Assembly: GCA_027021685.1 (NCBI GenBank)
Contig: JALUTW010000332.1
Span: 1-33,721 of the forward strand
DNA: 33,721 nt
Origin: Chromatiales bacterium
Lineage (GTDB): Bacteria; Pseudomonadota; Gammaproteobacteria; CAMYNG01
Reading direction: 5' to 3'
Both the position numbers and the translations under genes were made by a program. Numbering within the stretch: the stretch's first letter is position 1; every line of letters starts with the position of its first letter. The notes beneath the pieces are model-generated. The model ran no database searches, was not told where the DNA came from, and worked only from the letters and a program-made list of their open reading frames with translations. Positions 1-6,853 of this stretch are shown in pieces.

Positions 1-38
1 CAAAGGACCAACGAGGTATGTGAATGTGCGTTCCTGTC

Positions 39-62
39 AAAACGGCCCGCCCTGGTGCGGCC
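39..62 (-). terminator. candidate intrinsic terminator (bulged GC stem-loop followed by T-run)
   Basis: GGCC(C)GC at 44-50 pairs with GCGGCC at 57-62, with a 6-nt loop. On the minus strand the stem is followed directly by GTTTTG (43-38). A T-run also follows on the plus strand (68-71), so it could act in both directions. It lies about 170 nt downstream of the stop of the 230..718 gene. Confidence 0.3.
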
Positions 63-115
63 TCGCATTTTCACGCCCGTTATCCAGGAGGCAACATTTT
101 CAAATTCCGTTCACA

Positions 116-148
116 CTCTGCGTCCTCTGCGTCTTTGCGTCTCTGCGT
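116..148. repeat. four tandem 8-9 bp direct repeats, consensus CTCTGCGT
   Basis: Read directly: CTCTGCGT (116-123), CCTCTGCGT (124-132), CTTTGCGT (133-140), CTCTGCGT (141-148). A fifth CTCTGCGT lies at 187-194, with related CTGCGG/CTGCGC at 174-186. Confidence 0.85.
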
Positions 149-229
149 TGGGATCGCGTGGCCGGAACAGGATCTGCGGGCTGCGCCTCTGCGTTGAAGA
201 TTTTTCCCTTCCTGCTATTGAATGACCGT

Positions 230-718
230 TCAGTCCGGGTCGCGGTCCAGGCCCAGGCGTGCGGCGAAGTCGTCCAGGGCCTTGCGGATGTGTTCCTTGA
301 TGTCGGCCTCGAGCTGGACGATGCCGTGGATGAGGGTGTCGTGGATCTCCTTTTCCAGGGCGGCGCGGAAGTCCTCGATGGTCTCGGCCAGTTCCTCGGG
401 CGCGGCGGCGGGCGGCGGCATGGCGGGGTTGTCCTCCAGGGGTTGTTCTCGTCCGGCGCCGGTGCCGGGGGCGGGCACCACCACGTCTTCCAGCACCGGC
501 ACTGAGTCTTCGTCGCCCGGCGCCGGCGGTTCCGGTGCCGGGGCGGGATCGGCGGCGGGCCTGCGGTGGCCCGACATGCCGGCCCGGGCGATGCTCTCCT
601 TGGCCGCGGAGATCTTGCTCTCGCTCTGCAGCAGCAGCTCCTTGATGGACTCCAGCGAGCGCACCAGCGTCTCGTGGGCGTCCTCCTGGATGGTCTTCTT
701 GGGCCGGTCTTCCGCCAT
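230..718 (-). CDS. hypothetical protein: helical ends joined by a Pro/Ala-rich acidic linker
   Basis: 162-aa ORF. Its ATG (716-718) lies 5 nt after the holC stop, so it is probably co-transcribed with pepA-holC. I recognise no catalytic motif. The central segment PAADPAPAPEPPAPGDED is low complexity. Confidence 0.6.
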   Translation of the reverse strand: MAEDRPKKTIQEDAHETLVRSLESIKELLLQSESKISAAKESIARAGMSGHRRPAADPAPAPEPPAPGDEDSVPVLEDVVVPAPGTGAGREQPLEDNPAMPPPAAAPEELAETIEDFRAALEKEIHDTLIHGIVQLEADIKEHIRKALDDFAARLGLDRDPD

Positions 719-723
719 GGCGT

Positions 724-1149
724 TCAGAGCTGGTGGGTGTGCAGCGGGTAGCCGCGCTCGCGGTAGAAGCGGTAGCGCTCGCGGGCCTGCGTGCGCTGGG
801 GTTCCACCGGGGGCACCACCTCCGCCACCCGCTCGAACCGGGTGAAGCCCTCCGGCACCGAGTCCGAGAGGTTGACCAGCACCTCGGCCCCGGGGTTCTC
901 CGGCGCTTGGTGGCCGATGTGGACGGGCACGGTGTCATCGTCCCCGGCACCGGCCAGGGCGTGGGGCACGAAGCTGCCGGCGCGGAAGGTCCACAGCAGG
1001 TCGTCCAGGCGCCGGGCCTGGTCCTCGGACGCGGCGTGGACGAAGACCCGGTGCCCCAGGGTGTAGGCCTTCTCCACCAGGCGGCAGGCCAGGCGCTCGT
1101 GGGCGTCGGCGCCGCCCTCGGCCAGGATGTAGAAGTCGATGCGGGTCAT
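724..1149 (-). CDS. holC: DNA polymerase III subunit chi
   Basis: The last 141 aa of the 724..2736 ORF (MTRIDFYILAEGG...RERYRFYRERGYPL) match the chi-subunit pattern. ATG 1147-1149 overlaps the pepA stop (ATGA). pepA-holC adjacency is the classical arrangement. Confidence 0.85.
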   Translation of the reverse strand: MTRIDFYILAEGGADAHERLACRLVEKAYTLGHRVFVHAASEDQARRLDDLLWTFRAGSFVPHALAGAGDDDTVPVHIGHQAPENPGAEVLVNLSDSVPEGFTRFERVAEVVPPVEPQRTQARERYRFYRERGYPLHTHQL

Positions 1150-2657
1150 TTGTGCCCGGCCCGTTCCAGCACGAAGCGGGTGAGCAGCGGCACCGGCCGG
1201 CCGGTGGCGCCCTTGCTGTTGCCGCTCTCCCAGGCGGTGCCGGCGATGTCCAGGTGGGCCCACTTGTGCTTCTCCACGAAGCGGGCCAGGAAGCAGGCGG
1301 CGGTGATGGTGCCGGCCTCGCGCCCGCCGATGTTGGCCATGTCGGCGAAGTTGCTCTTGAGCTGCTCCTGGTATTCCTCCCACAGCGGGAGCTGCCACGC
1401 GCGATCGTCGGCCGCCTCGCCGGCGGCCAGGAGCTGGTCCACCAGGGCCTGGTCGTTGCCCAGCAGGCCGGAGGCGTGTTTGCCGAGGGCGATGACGCAG
1501 GCCCCGGTGAGCGTGGCGATGTCCACGATGGCGCGGGGCTGGTAGCGCTCCGCGTAGGCCAGGGCGTCGCACAGGATGAGCCGGCCCTCGGCATCGGTGT
1601 TGAGCACCTCGATGGTCTTGCCGGCCATGGAGGTGATGATGTCGCCCGGCTTGTTGGCGGCGCCGTCGGGCAGGTTCTCGCAGGTGGGGATGAGGCCCAC
1701 CAGGTTGACGGCGGGCTTGAGCCGGCTCACCGCGAGGAAGGTGCCCAGTACGCTGGCGGCGCCGCACATGTCGAACTTCATCTCGTCCATGGCCTGGGCC
1801 GGCTTGATGGAGATGCCGCCGGAATCGAAGGTGATGCCCTTGCCCACCAGCACCAGCGGCTTCGCCCGGGCACCCTGGGTGCCGCGGGGCAGGCCGCGGT
1901 ATTCCAGCACGATGAACTTGGGCGGCTGTCGGCTGCCCCTGGCCACCGCCAGCAGGGCGCCCATGCCCAGTTTTTCCATTTCCTTCCGGCCCAGCACGGT
2001 GCAGCGCAGGCGGCTGTCCGCGGCCGCCAGCTTGCGCGCCCGGGCGGCCAGGTACGAAGGCGTGCAGACGTTGCCGGGCAGGTTGCCCAGGTCGCGGGCC
2101 AGATCCATGCCGTCGGCCACCGCGGTGCCCTCGGCCAGGCCCGCGGCGGCCCGCTTGAGGTCGCGTTGCGAGGGCACGTTGAAGGTGAGCTTCTTCAGCG
2201 GCCGCGCAGGCTCGTCGGCCTCCGATTTCATGGCGGTGAAGCGGTACACCGCCGCGCGCGCATGGCGGGCCGCCTGGCGCATGCGCCAGGCCATGTCGCG
2301 GTCCTCCACCTCGAGGTCGGTGAGGTAGATCACCGCGTCCCGGGCGCCACTGGCATCCAGCGTCCGCACCGCCGCTTCCAGCGCCTGGCGGAAGCGGCGG
2401 GCGTTGAAGTCCCGTTCCCGGCCGCAGCCCACCAGCAGTATCCGCTCGGCGCCGGTGCCGTCGGCCTCGGGCAGCAGGAGTGTCTGGCCGGGCTTGCCCT
2501 CCAGGTCGCCGCGCTTGAGCAGGCGGGTGAGGCGCCCGCCCATGGCCTGGTCGAGGGCGGCGGCGGCGGCCGACAGGCGGCGTTTCTCGAACACCCCCAC
2601 CACGAGACAGGCACTGCGCTGGCGGGTGGGGTCGGTGACGCGGGCTTCCAGTTTCAT
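1146..2657 (-). CDS. pepA: leucyl aminopeptidase (M17 family)
   Basis: 503 aa with the M17 signature NTDAEGRLILCD and VGKGITFDSGGISIKP. It is divergent from lptF, as in E. coli and Pseudomonas. Confidence 0.95.
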   Translation of the reverse strand: MKLEARVTDPTRQRSACLVVGVFEKRRLSAAAAALDQAMGGRLTRLLKRGDLEGKPGQTLLLPEADGTGAERILLVGCGRERDFNARRFRQALEAAVRTLDASGARDAVIYLTDLEVEDRDMAWRMRQAARHARAAVYRFTAMKSEADEPARPLKKLTFNVPSQRDLKRAAAGLAEGTAVADGMDLARDLGNLPGNVCTPSYLAARARKLAAADSRLRCTVLGRKEMEKLGMGALLAVARGSRQPPKFIVLEYRGLPRGTQGARAKPLVLVGKGITFDSGGISIKPAQAMDEMKFDMCGAASVLGTFLAVSRLKPAVNLVGLIPTCENLPDGAANKPGDIITSMAGKTIEVLNTDAEGRLILCDALAYAERYQPRAIVDIATLTGACVIALGKHASGLLGNDQALVDQLLAAGEAADDRAWQLPLWEEYQEQLKSNFADMANIGGREAGTITAACFLARFVEKHKWAHLDIAGTAWESGNSKGATGRPVPLLTRFVLERAGHK

Positions 2658-2806
2658 GCGATCTCCCTGCTGCCAATGGGTTGCCGGCGGCGGGCCGCCG
2701 CGGGAAGGGGGCCGGCGCAGGCGCCGGACTGGTCAAATATACATCACGCAGGCGGGGAAGTTATACAATGCGGGCACCGGGCCTGTGGGCGCGGCCGGAA
2801 CCCGCC

Positions 2807-3907
2807 ATGATTATCGATCGCTACATCAGCCGCGAGGTCTCGGGGACCTTCGTTGCGGTGGCCCTGGTGCTGCTGCTCATCACCCTCAGCGCCAGCCTGG
2901 TGGCCCTGTTCCAGAAGGTGGCCACGGGCGTGCTGCCGGTGGATGCCATCCTGGTGGTGCTGGGACTCAAGGCCGTGGTCAATCTGGAGCTGGTGCTGCC
3001 CCTGTCGCTGTTTCTGGCCGTGCTGCTGGCACTGAGCCGGTTGTACAAGGACAGCGAGATGATCGCGCTGGCCGCCTGCGGCGTGGGCCCGGTGCGGGTG
3101 TTGCGCTCGGTACTGGGGTTGTCCCTCGTGTTTGCATTCCTGGTGGGGGCCGTGTCGCTGTGGCTCGCTCCGCTGTCCCAGGAGACCAGCGAGCGCATCA
3201 TCGCCCTGGCCGGGGCCAAGTCGGAGATCGCGGGTCTGGCGCCGGGCCGGTTCCGCGAACTCAAGTCGGGTATCGGTGCCGTGTACGTGGAGGAGGCCAG
3301 CGACGACCGCAGCGAGTTGCGCAACCTGTTCGGCCAGAAGCGGGAGGGCCGGCGCCAGGTGATCTTCACTGCCCGCTACGGCTACCAGCGCACCGATCCG
3401 GACACCGGGGACAAGTACCTGGTGCTGGAGGACGGTGCCCGCTACGAGGGCGAGCCGGGCAAACCCGACTTCACCATCATCGAGTTCCAGCGCCATACCC
3501 TGCGCCTGGAGGAGCGGCTGCCCGAGCTTGCCCGCCTGGACCTGCGGCGCAGCGCGCGCCCCACCCGCACGCTGCTGGCCAGTACCAGTCCGGCGGACCT
3601 GGCCGAGTTCCAGTCGCGGGTGTCGTCGGTGCTGGTGTGCGTGGTGTTCACGGTGCTGGCGGTGCCCCTGTCGCGCACCTCGCCGCGGCGCGGGCAGTAT
3701 GCGCGGCTGGCGGTGGCAGTGCTGGTCTACATCATCTACAGCAACCTGCTCAACGTGGCCCGGGCCTGGGTACAGCGCGAGGTGGTGCCGGCGTGGCTGG
3801 GCATGTGGTGGGTTCACGGCCTGATGCTGGCCGTTGCGCTGGTGCTGCTGGCGGCCCAGAGCGGGTTCCGGCCCTGGGCCGGCTGGCGGCCGCTGCCGGG
3901 GAGGTGA
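2807..3907 (+). CDS. lptF: LPS export ABC transporter permease LptF (YjgP/YjgQ family)
   Basis: The N-terminus MIIDRYISREV is typical of LptF, followed by multiple hydrophobic helices. I chose the ATG at 2807 rather than the ORF-track start at 2681, whose extension is Arg/Gly-rich. The gene is divergent from pepA and followed by lptG. Confidence 0.85.
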   Translation: MIIDRYISREVSGTFVAVALVLLLITLSASLVALFQKVATGVLPVDAILVVLGLKAVVNLELVLPLSLFLAVLLALSRLYKDSEMIALAACGVGPVRVLRSVLGLSLVFAFLVGAVSLWLAPLSQETSERIIALAGAKSEIAGLAPGRFRELKSGIGAVYVEEASDDRSELRNLFGQKREGRRQVIFTARYGYQRTDPDTGDKYLVLEDGARYEGEPGKPDFTIIEFQRHTLRLEERLPELARLDLRRSARPTRTLLASTSPADLAEFQSRVSSVLVCVVFTVLAVPLSRTSPRRGQYARLAVAVLVYIIYSNLLNVARAWVQREVVPAWLGMWWVHGLMLAVALVLLAAQSGFRPWAGWRPLPGR

Positions 3908-3917
3908 GACCGTGGCC

Positions 3918-5000
3918 ATGACCACCCTGGACAATTACATCGGCCGCAACGTCATCGCCGGCGTGCTCATGGCCCTGGTGGTGATCACGGCGCTGTTCGT
4001 GCTCATCAGCTTCGCCGGCGAGTTCGACGACGTGGGCCGGGCCCGGTACGACTACTGGACCGCCCTGGGCTACGTCCTGCTGCGGGCACCGCGGCGCATG
4101 TACGAGGCCTTTCCCGTGATCACGGTGCTGGGGGTCATGCTGGGGCTGGGCACGCTGGCCGGCCGCGGCGAGCTGGTGGCGGTGCGTGCCGCCGGCGTTT
4201 CCACCCTGCGTATCGTGCTGTCGGTGCTGCGCGCGGCCCTGCTGCTCATGGTGGCGGCCTTCATCCTCGGCGAGGTGGTGGCGCCGCCGGCGGAGCAGTA
4301 CGGGCAGCAGATGCGCCTCACGGCGCTGGCCAGCCGGGTGGGGCTCAACACCCGCTACGGCCTGTGGGTGCGTGACGGCAGCAACTTCGTCCACGTGCAG
4401 CAGGTGACCAACGACGGCCGGCTGGTGGGGGTGTACGTTTACACCTTCGATCGTTCCCGGCGCCTGGCCACCGTGACCTACGCCCGCGAGGCCCGGCCGG
4501 TGGAAGACGGCTGGCGCCTGCATCAGGTGCGCCGCAGCCATATCGGCCGCGAGCACGTGGAGACCGAGCGCCTGGCGGTGCTGGGGCCGGTGCCGCTGTT
4601 GCCGGCGGACGTGATCCGCACGGTGTCCCTGTCGCCGGACGTGTTGTCCGTCTGGCGCCTGCGCGATTACATCGACTACCTGGAGCAGAACGGCCTGGAC
4701 AAGCGTCCCTACGAGCTGGCGTACTGGAACAAGGTGATGATGCCGCTGGCCATCGCCGGCATGGTGCTGCTGGCCGTGCCCTTCGTCATGGGCTCGGTGC
4801 GCCACGTGCCGGTGGGACAGCGGGTGTTCACCGGCTTCATGCTGGGGCTGGGCTTCTTCGTCGTCTCGCGCCTGCTGGGGCAGATGGTGCTGGTGCTGGA
4901 GGTGCCGGTACTGGCGCCGTGGCTGCCGCTGCTGGGGGCGGTGGCGCCGGTGCTGCTGGTGATCGGGGTGGGCGTGGTGCTGTTACGCCTGCGCCTGTGA
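3918..5000 (+). CDS. lptG: LPS export ABC transporter permease LptG
   Basis: MTTLDNYIGRNVIAGVLMALVVI is a YjgP/YjgQ-type N-terminus. It is a paralog of the preceding gene. The ATG at 3918 lies 11 nt after the lptF stop; GTG 3912 is also possible. Confidence 0.85.
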   Translation: MTTLDNYIGRNVIAGVLMALVVITALFVLISFAGEFDDVGRARYDYWTALGYVLLRAPRRMYEAFPVITVLGVMLGLGTLAGRGELVAVRAAGVSTLRIVLSVLRAALLLMVAAFILGEVVAPPAEQYGQQMRLTALASRVGLNTRYGLWVRDGSNFVHVQQVTNDGRLVGVYVYTFDRSRRLATVTYAREARPVEDGWRLHQVRRSHIGREHVETERLAVLGPVPLLPADVIRTVSLSPDVLSVWRLRDYIDYLEQNGLDKRPYELAYWNKVMMPLAIAGMVLLAVPFVMGSVRHVPVGQRVFTGFMLGLGFFVVSRLLGQMVLVLEVPVLAPWLPLLGAVAPVLLVIGVGVVLLRLRL

Positions 5001-5519
5001 CGGCCGGGGGACGCACACCACCCGGGTCCGGGTGAGGCGATCGCGCCAGGTCCAGGGCGAGCACTCGTAGATCACCCAGGCCGCGCCCAGGGCCAGCAGG
5101 ACGCCCGGGGCCGGCCGCAGCAGCAGGTCCAGCGGCGGGCGCAGGTGGAAGGCGGCGCCGGTGGTGGCGCGCAGCAGCCCGAACACGAACAGCGACCACG
5201 CCGGCAGCGCAGTGACGAAGCGTGCCAGTGCCTGGGCCCAGCTCACCGGCCCGCCGTCGGCGCGTTGCAGGCGGATGCGCCACGCCCGCATGCCCGCGGT
5301 CTGGCCGCCGCGGGTCCAGAACCAGCCAAAGAAGGCGAAGGCGACGCCCAGGAAGTAGAGTGTGACCAGGGGATGGCCCGGGCGCACGGGCTCGCCGCCG
5401 GTGAGCGGCAGCAGCAGGGCCGCCGCCACCAGCCACAGGGCCAGCACCAGCAGGGCGTCGTAGATCACCGCCCCCAGCCGCCGCCACAGGCCGGCCGGCC
5501 GCAATGCGGATTCAGACAT
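4983..5519 (-). CDS. RDD family membrane protein
   Basis: 178 aa. It has N-terminal RRLGAVIYDALL, several hydrophobic helices and C-terminal WRDRLTRTRVV, which is the RDD-domain pattern. Its 3' end overlaps the lptG 3' end convergently by 18 nt. Confidence 0.7.
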   Translation of the reverse strand: MSESALRPAGLWRRLGAVIYDALLVLALWLVAAALLLPLTGGEPVRPGHPLVTLYFLGVAFAFFGWFWTRGGQTAGMRAWRIRLQRADGGPVSWAQALARFVTALPAWSLFVFGLLRATTGAAFHLRPPLDLLLRPAPGVLLALGAAWVIYECSPWTWRDRLTRTRVVCVPRPSQAQA

Positions 5520-5617
5520 GGATCGCCGTCCACTGCATCGAACGATGATGGCCGCGTGCCCGCCGCCGTGTCAACGCATGCCCGATGCTGCATGCAAGGT
5601 TGGGGCCGGGGCCGTGG

Positions 5618-5646
5618 TTGCAATGCGGGGACGTGCACGGTATTAA
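5618..5646 (+). promoter_or_regulatory. candidate sigma70 promoter for the three-gene DUF2173-like operon
   Basis: TTGCAA (5618-5623), an exact 17-nt spacer, then TATTAA(T) (5641-5647). This is one of very few AT-rich hexamer pairs with correct spacing in this GC-rich window. It is followed by a perfect 8-bp leader hairpin, ATGCCGCC-GGCGAG-GGCGGCAT (5657-5678), and GGAG at 5681-5684. Confidence 0.45.
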
Positions 5647-5696
5647 TGCCGCAAGGATGCCGCCGGCGAGGGCGGCATGCGGAGACAACAACAATC

Positions 5697-6053
5697 ATGA
5701 GCATCATCTCTGAACTGGCCGCCGTGCCCGGCGTCATCGCTGCCGGCGAGTATTCCTACCGCGGCGATCGCTTCACCTTCGAGGGACAACTGGACGAGGA
5801 CAAGGCCCGCATGGCCTCCATCATGTGCCGCGCCACCACCATGGCGGTGCACATGCAGGTGGACATGATGAAGGGCCTGGGCCGGGACTGCGGCTGCGCA
5901 CCGGCACGCGGCTGGGTGGTGCGCGGGGCCCGGTTCTCGGTATGCGTCATCGCCAACGTGTTCTGCTTCGTCGACAACGAGGCGGCCTCGCTCAACGAGG
6001 TCCTGGAACTGATGCGGGACAGGGTGCCGCACCAGGAAGGGGAGCTGGTCTGA
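5697..6053 (+). CDS. small protein, DUF2173/Roadblock-like paralog 1
   Basis: 118 aa from ATG 5697. It shares the C-terminal motif GW.VRG....SVC....N..C.VDN.EASLNEV with paralog 3, and has an N-terminal L..VPGV.AAGE.S..GD pattern. The family assignment is from memory of Pfam DUF2173 and is unverified. Confidence 0.65.
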   Translation: MSIISELAAVPGVIAAGEYSYRGDRFTFEGQLDEDKARMASIMCRATTMAVHMQVDMMKGLGRDCGCAPARGWVVRGARFSVCVIANVFCFVDNEAASLNEVLELMRDRVPHQEGELV

Positions 6054-6080
6054 CGCCGCCGGCGACACGAGGAAATCCAC

Positions 6081-6419
6081 ATGCCTGATCTCGACAGCCT
6101 GATGCAACTGGATGGGGCCATGGCCGCCTTCCGCTTTTCCGACAAGGGCGAGCTGCTGGAGCACCGCATCGCCCCCGGCAACGAGCTGACGCCGGACATC
6201 CTCGACCTGCTGTGCCACGTGTGCGTGGCCAACATGGCCATCGCCACCATGCAGGCCCGGGGCTGGGAGAAGATGACCGGCATGGGCGGGTTCTATCCCA
6301 TCCAGGGGTTCTCCATGGTGGGGTTCGAGTGGACGGCCATCACGGGGGACGGCTGGGGCGTGGTGGTGCCCAACGCCCGGGCGGACTTCGAGGCGGCCTA
6401 CGCCGCTCTCGGCCAGTAG
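6081..6419 (+). CDS. small protein, diverged DUF2173/Roadblock-like paralog 2
   Basis: 112 aa, starting 27 nt after paralog 1. It has the same N-terminal pattern (LMQLDGAMAAFRFSDKGELL), a CHVC motif, and lacks the VDN.EASLNEV tail. Confidence 0.6.
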   Translation: MPDLDSLMQLDGAMAAFRFSDKGELLEHRIAPGNELTPDILDLLCHVCVANMAIATMQARGWEKMTGMGGFYPIQGFSMVGFEWTAITGDGWGVVVPNARADFEAAYAALGQ

Positions 6420-6430
6420 GGCGGCGGGCC

Positions 6431-6763
6431 ATGATCAAGCGCCTGCTGGCTCTCGACGGCGTGCTGGTGGTGTGCCAGTTCCGTGACGACGGCGCCCTGG
6501 TGGGCGGCTACGGCATGATGGACGAGGCGCAGATGGCGGGCCTGGCCAAGTTCGCCCACGATTACAAGCGCATGGTCCAGGGCAACGCCGACCAGCTCTC
6601 CATGTTCACCCAGATGCGCGGCTGGACGCCGCCGGGCGGCTGGCTGGTGCGGGGCCCGGCCCTGTCCGTGTGCAGCGTGGGCAACCTGGTGTGCGTGGTG
6701 GACAACGCCGAGGCCTCGCTCAACGAGGTCATGCAGCAGCTCGCCGAGGCCGCCCACTGGTAA
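6431..6763 (+). CDS. small protein, DUF2173/Roadblock-like paralog 3
   Basis: 110 aa from ATG 6431, 11 nt after paralog 2. Contains LLALDGVLVVCQFRDDGALV and GWLVRGPALSVCSVGNLVCVVDNAEASLNEV, clearly homologous to paralog 1. Confidence 0.65.
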   Translation: MIKRLLALDGVLVVCQFRDDGALVGGYGMMDEAQMAGLAKFAHDYKRMVQGNADQLSMFTQMRGWTPPGGWLVRGPALSVCSVGNLVCVVDNAEASLNEVMQQLAEAAHW

Positions 6764-6853
6764 TCCGGCCCCGGCGCCTGCTGGTTCGGTCCCGGCGCAT
6801 CCGGTAAGATCGCGGCCCTGACTTCCGTCCCGAGCCACCACCGGAATCCGCCC

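Noticed and set aside
724-2736. 670-aa ORF spanning the holC and pepA region
   Set aside because: Only the last 141 aa (holC) look like a real protein. The upstream part is an Arg/Pro/Gly-rich alternative frame of pepA.
2681-2806. N-terminal extensions of lptF (2681), lptG (3834), yebC (25638) and the HD-GYP gene (10803) in the ORF track
   Set aside because: The extensions are Arg/Gly-rich and precede the canonical family N-termini (MIIDRYI, MTTLDNYI, MAGHSKW, MKERVKVF). Internal ATG starts were used instead.
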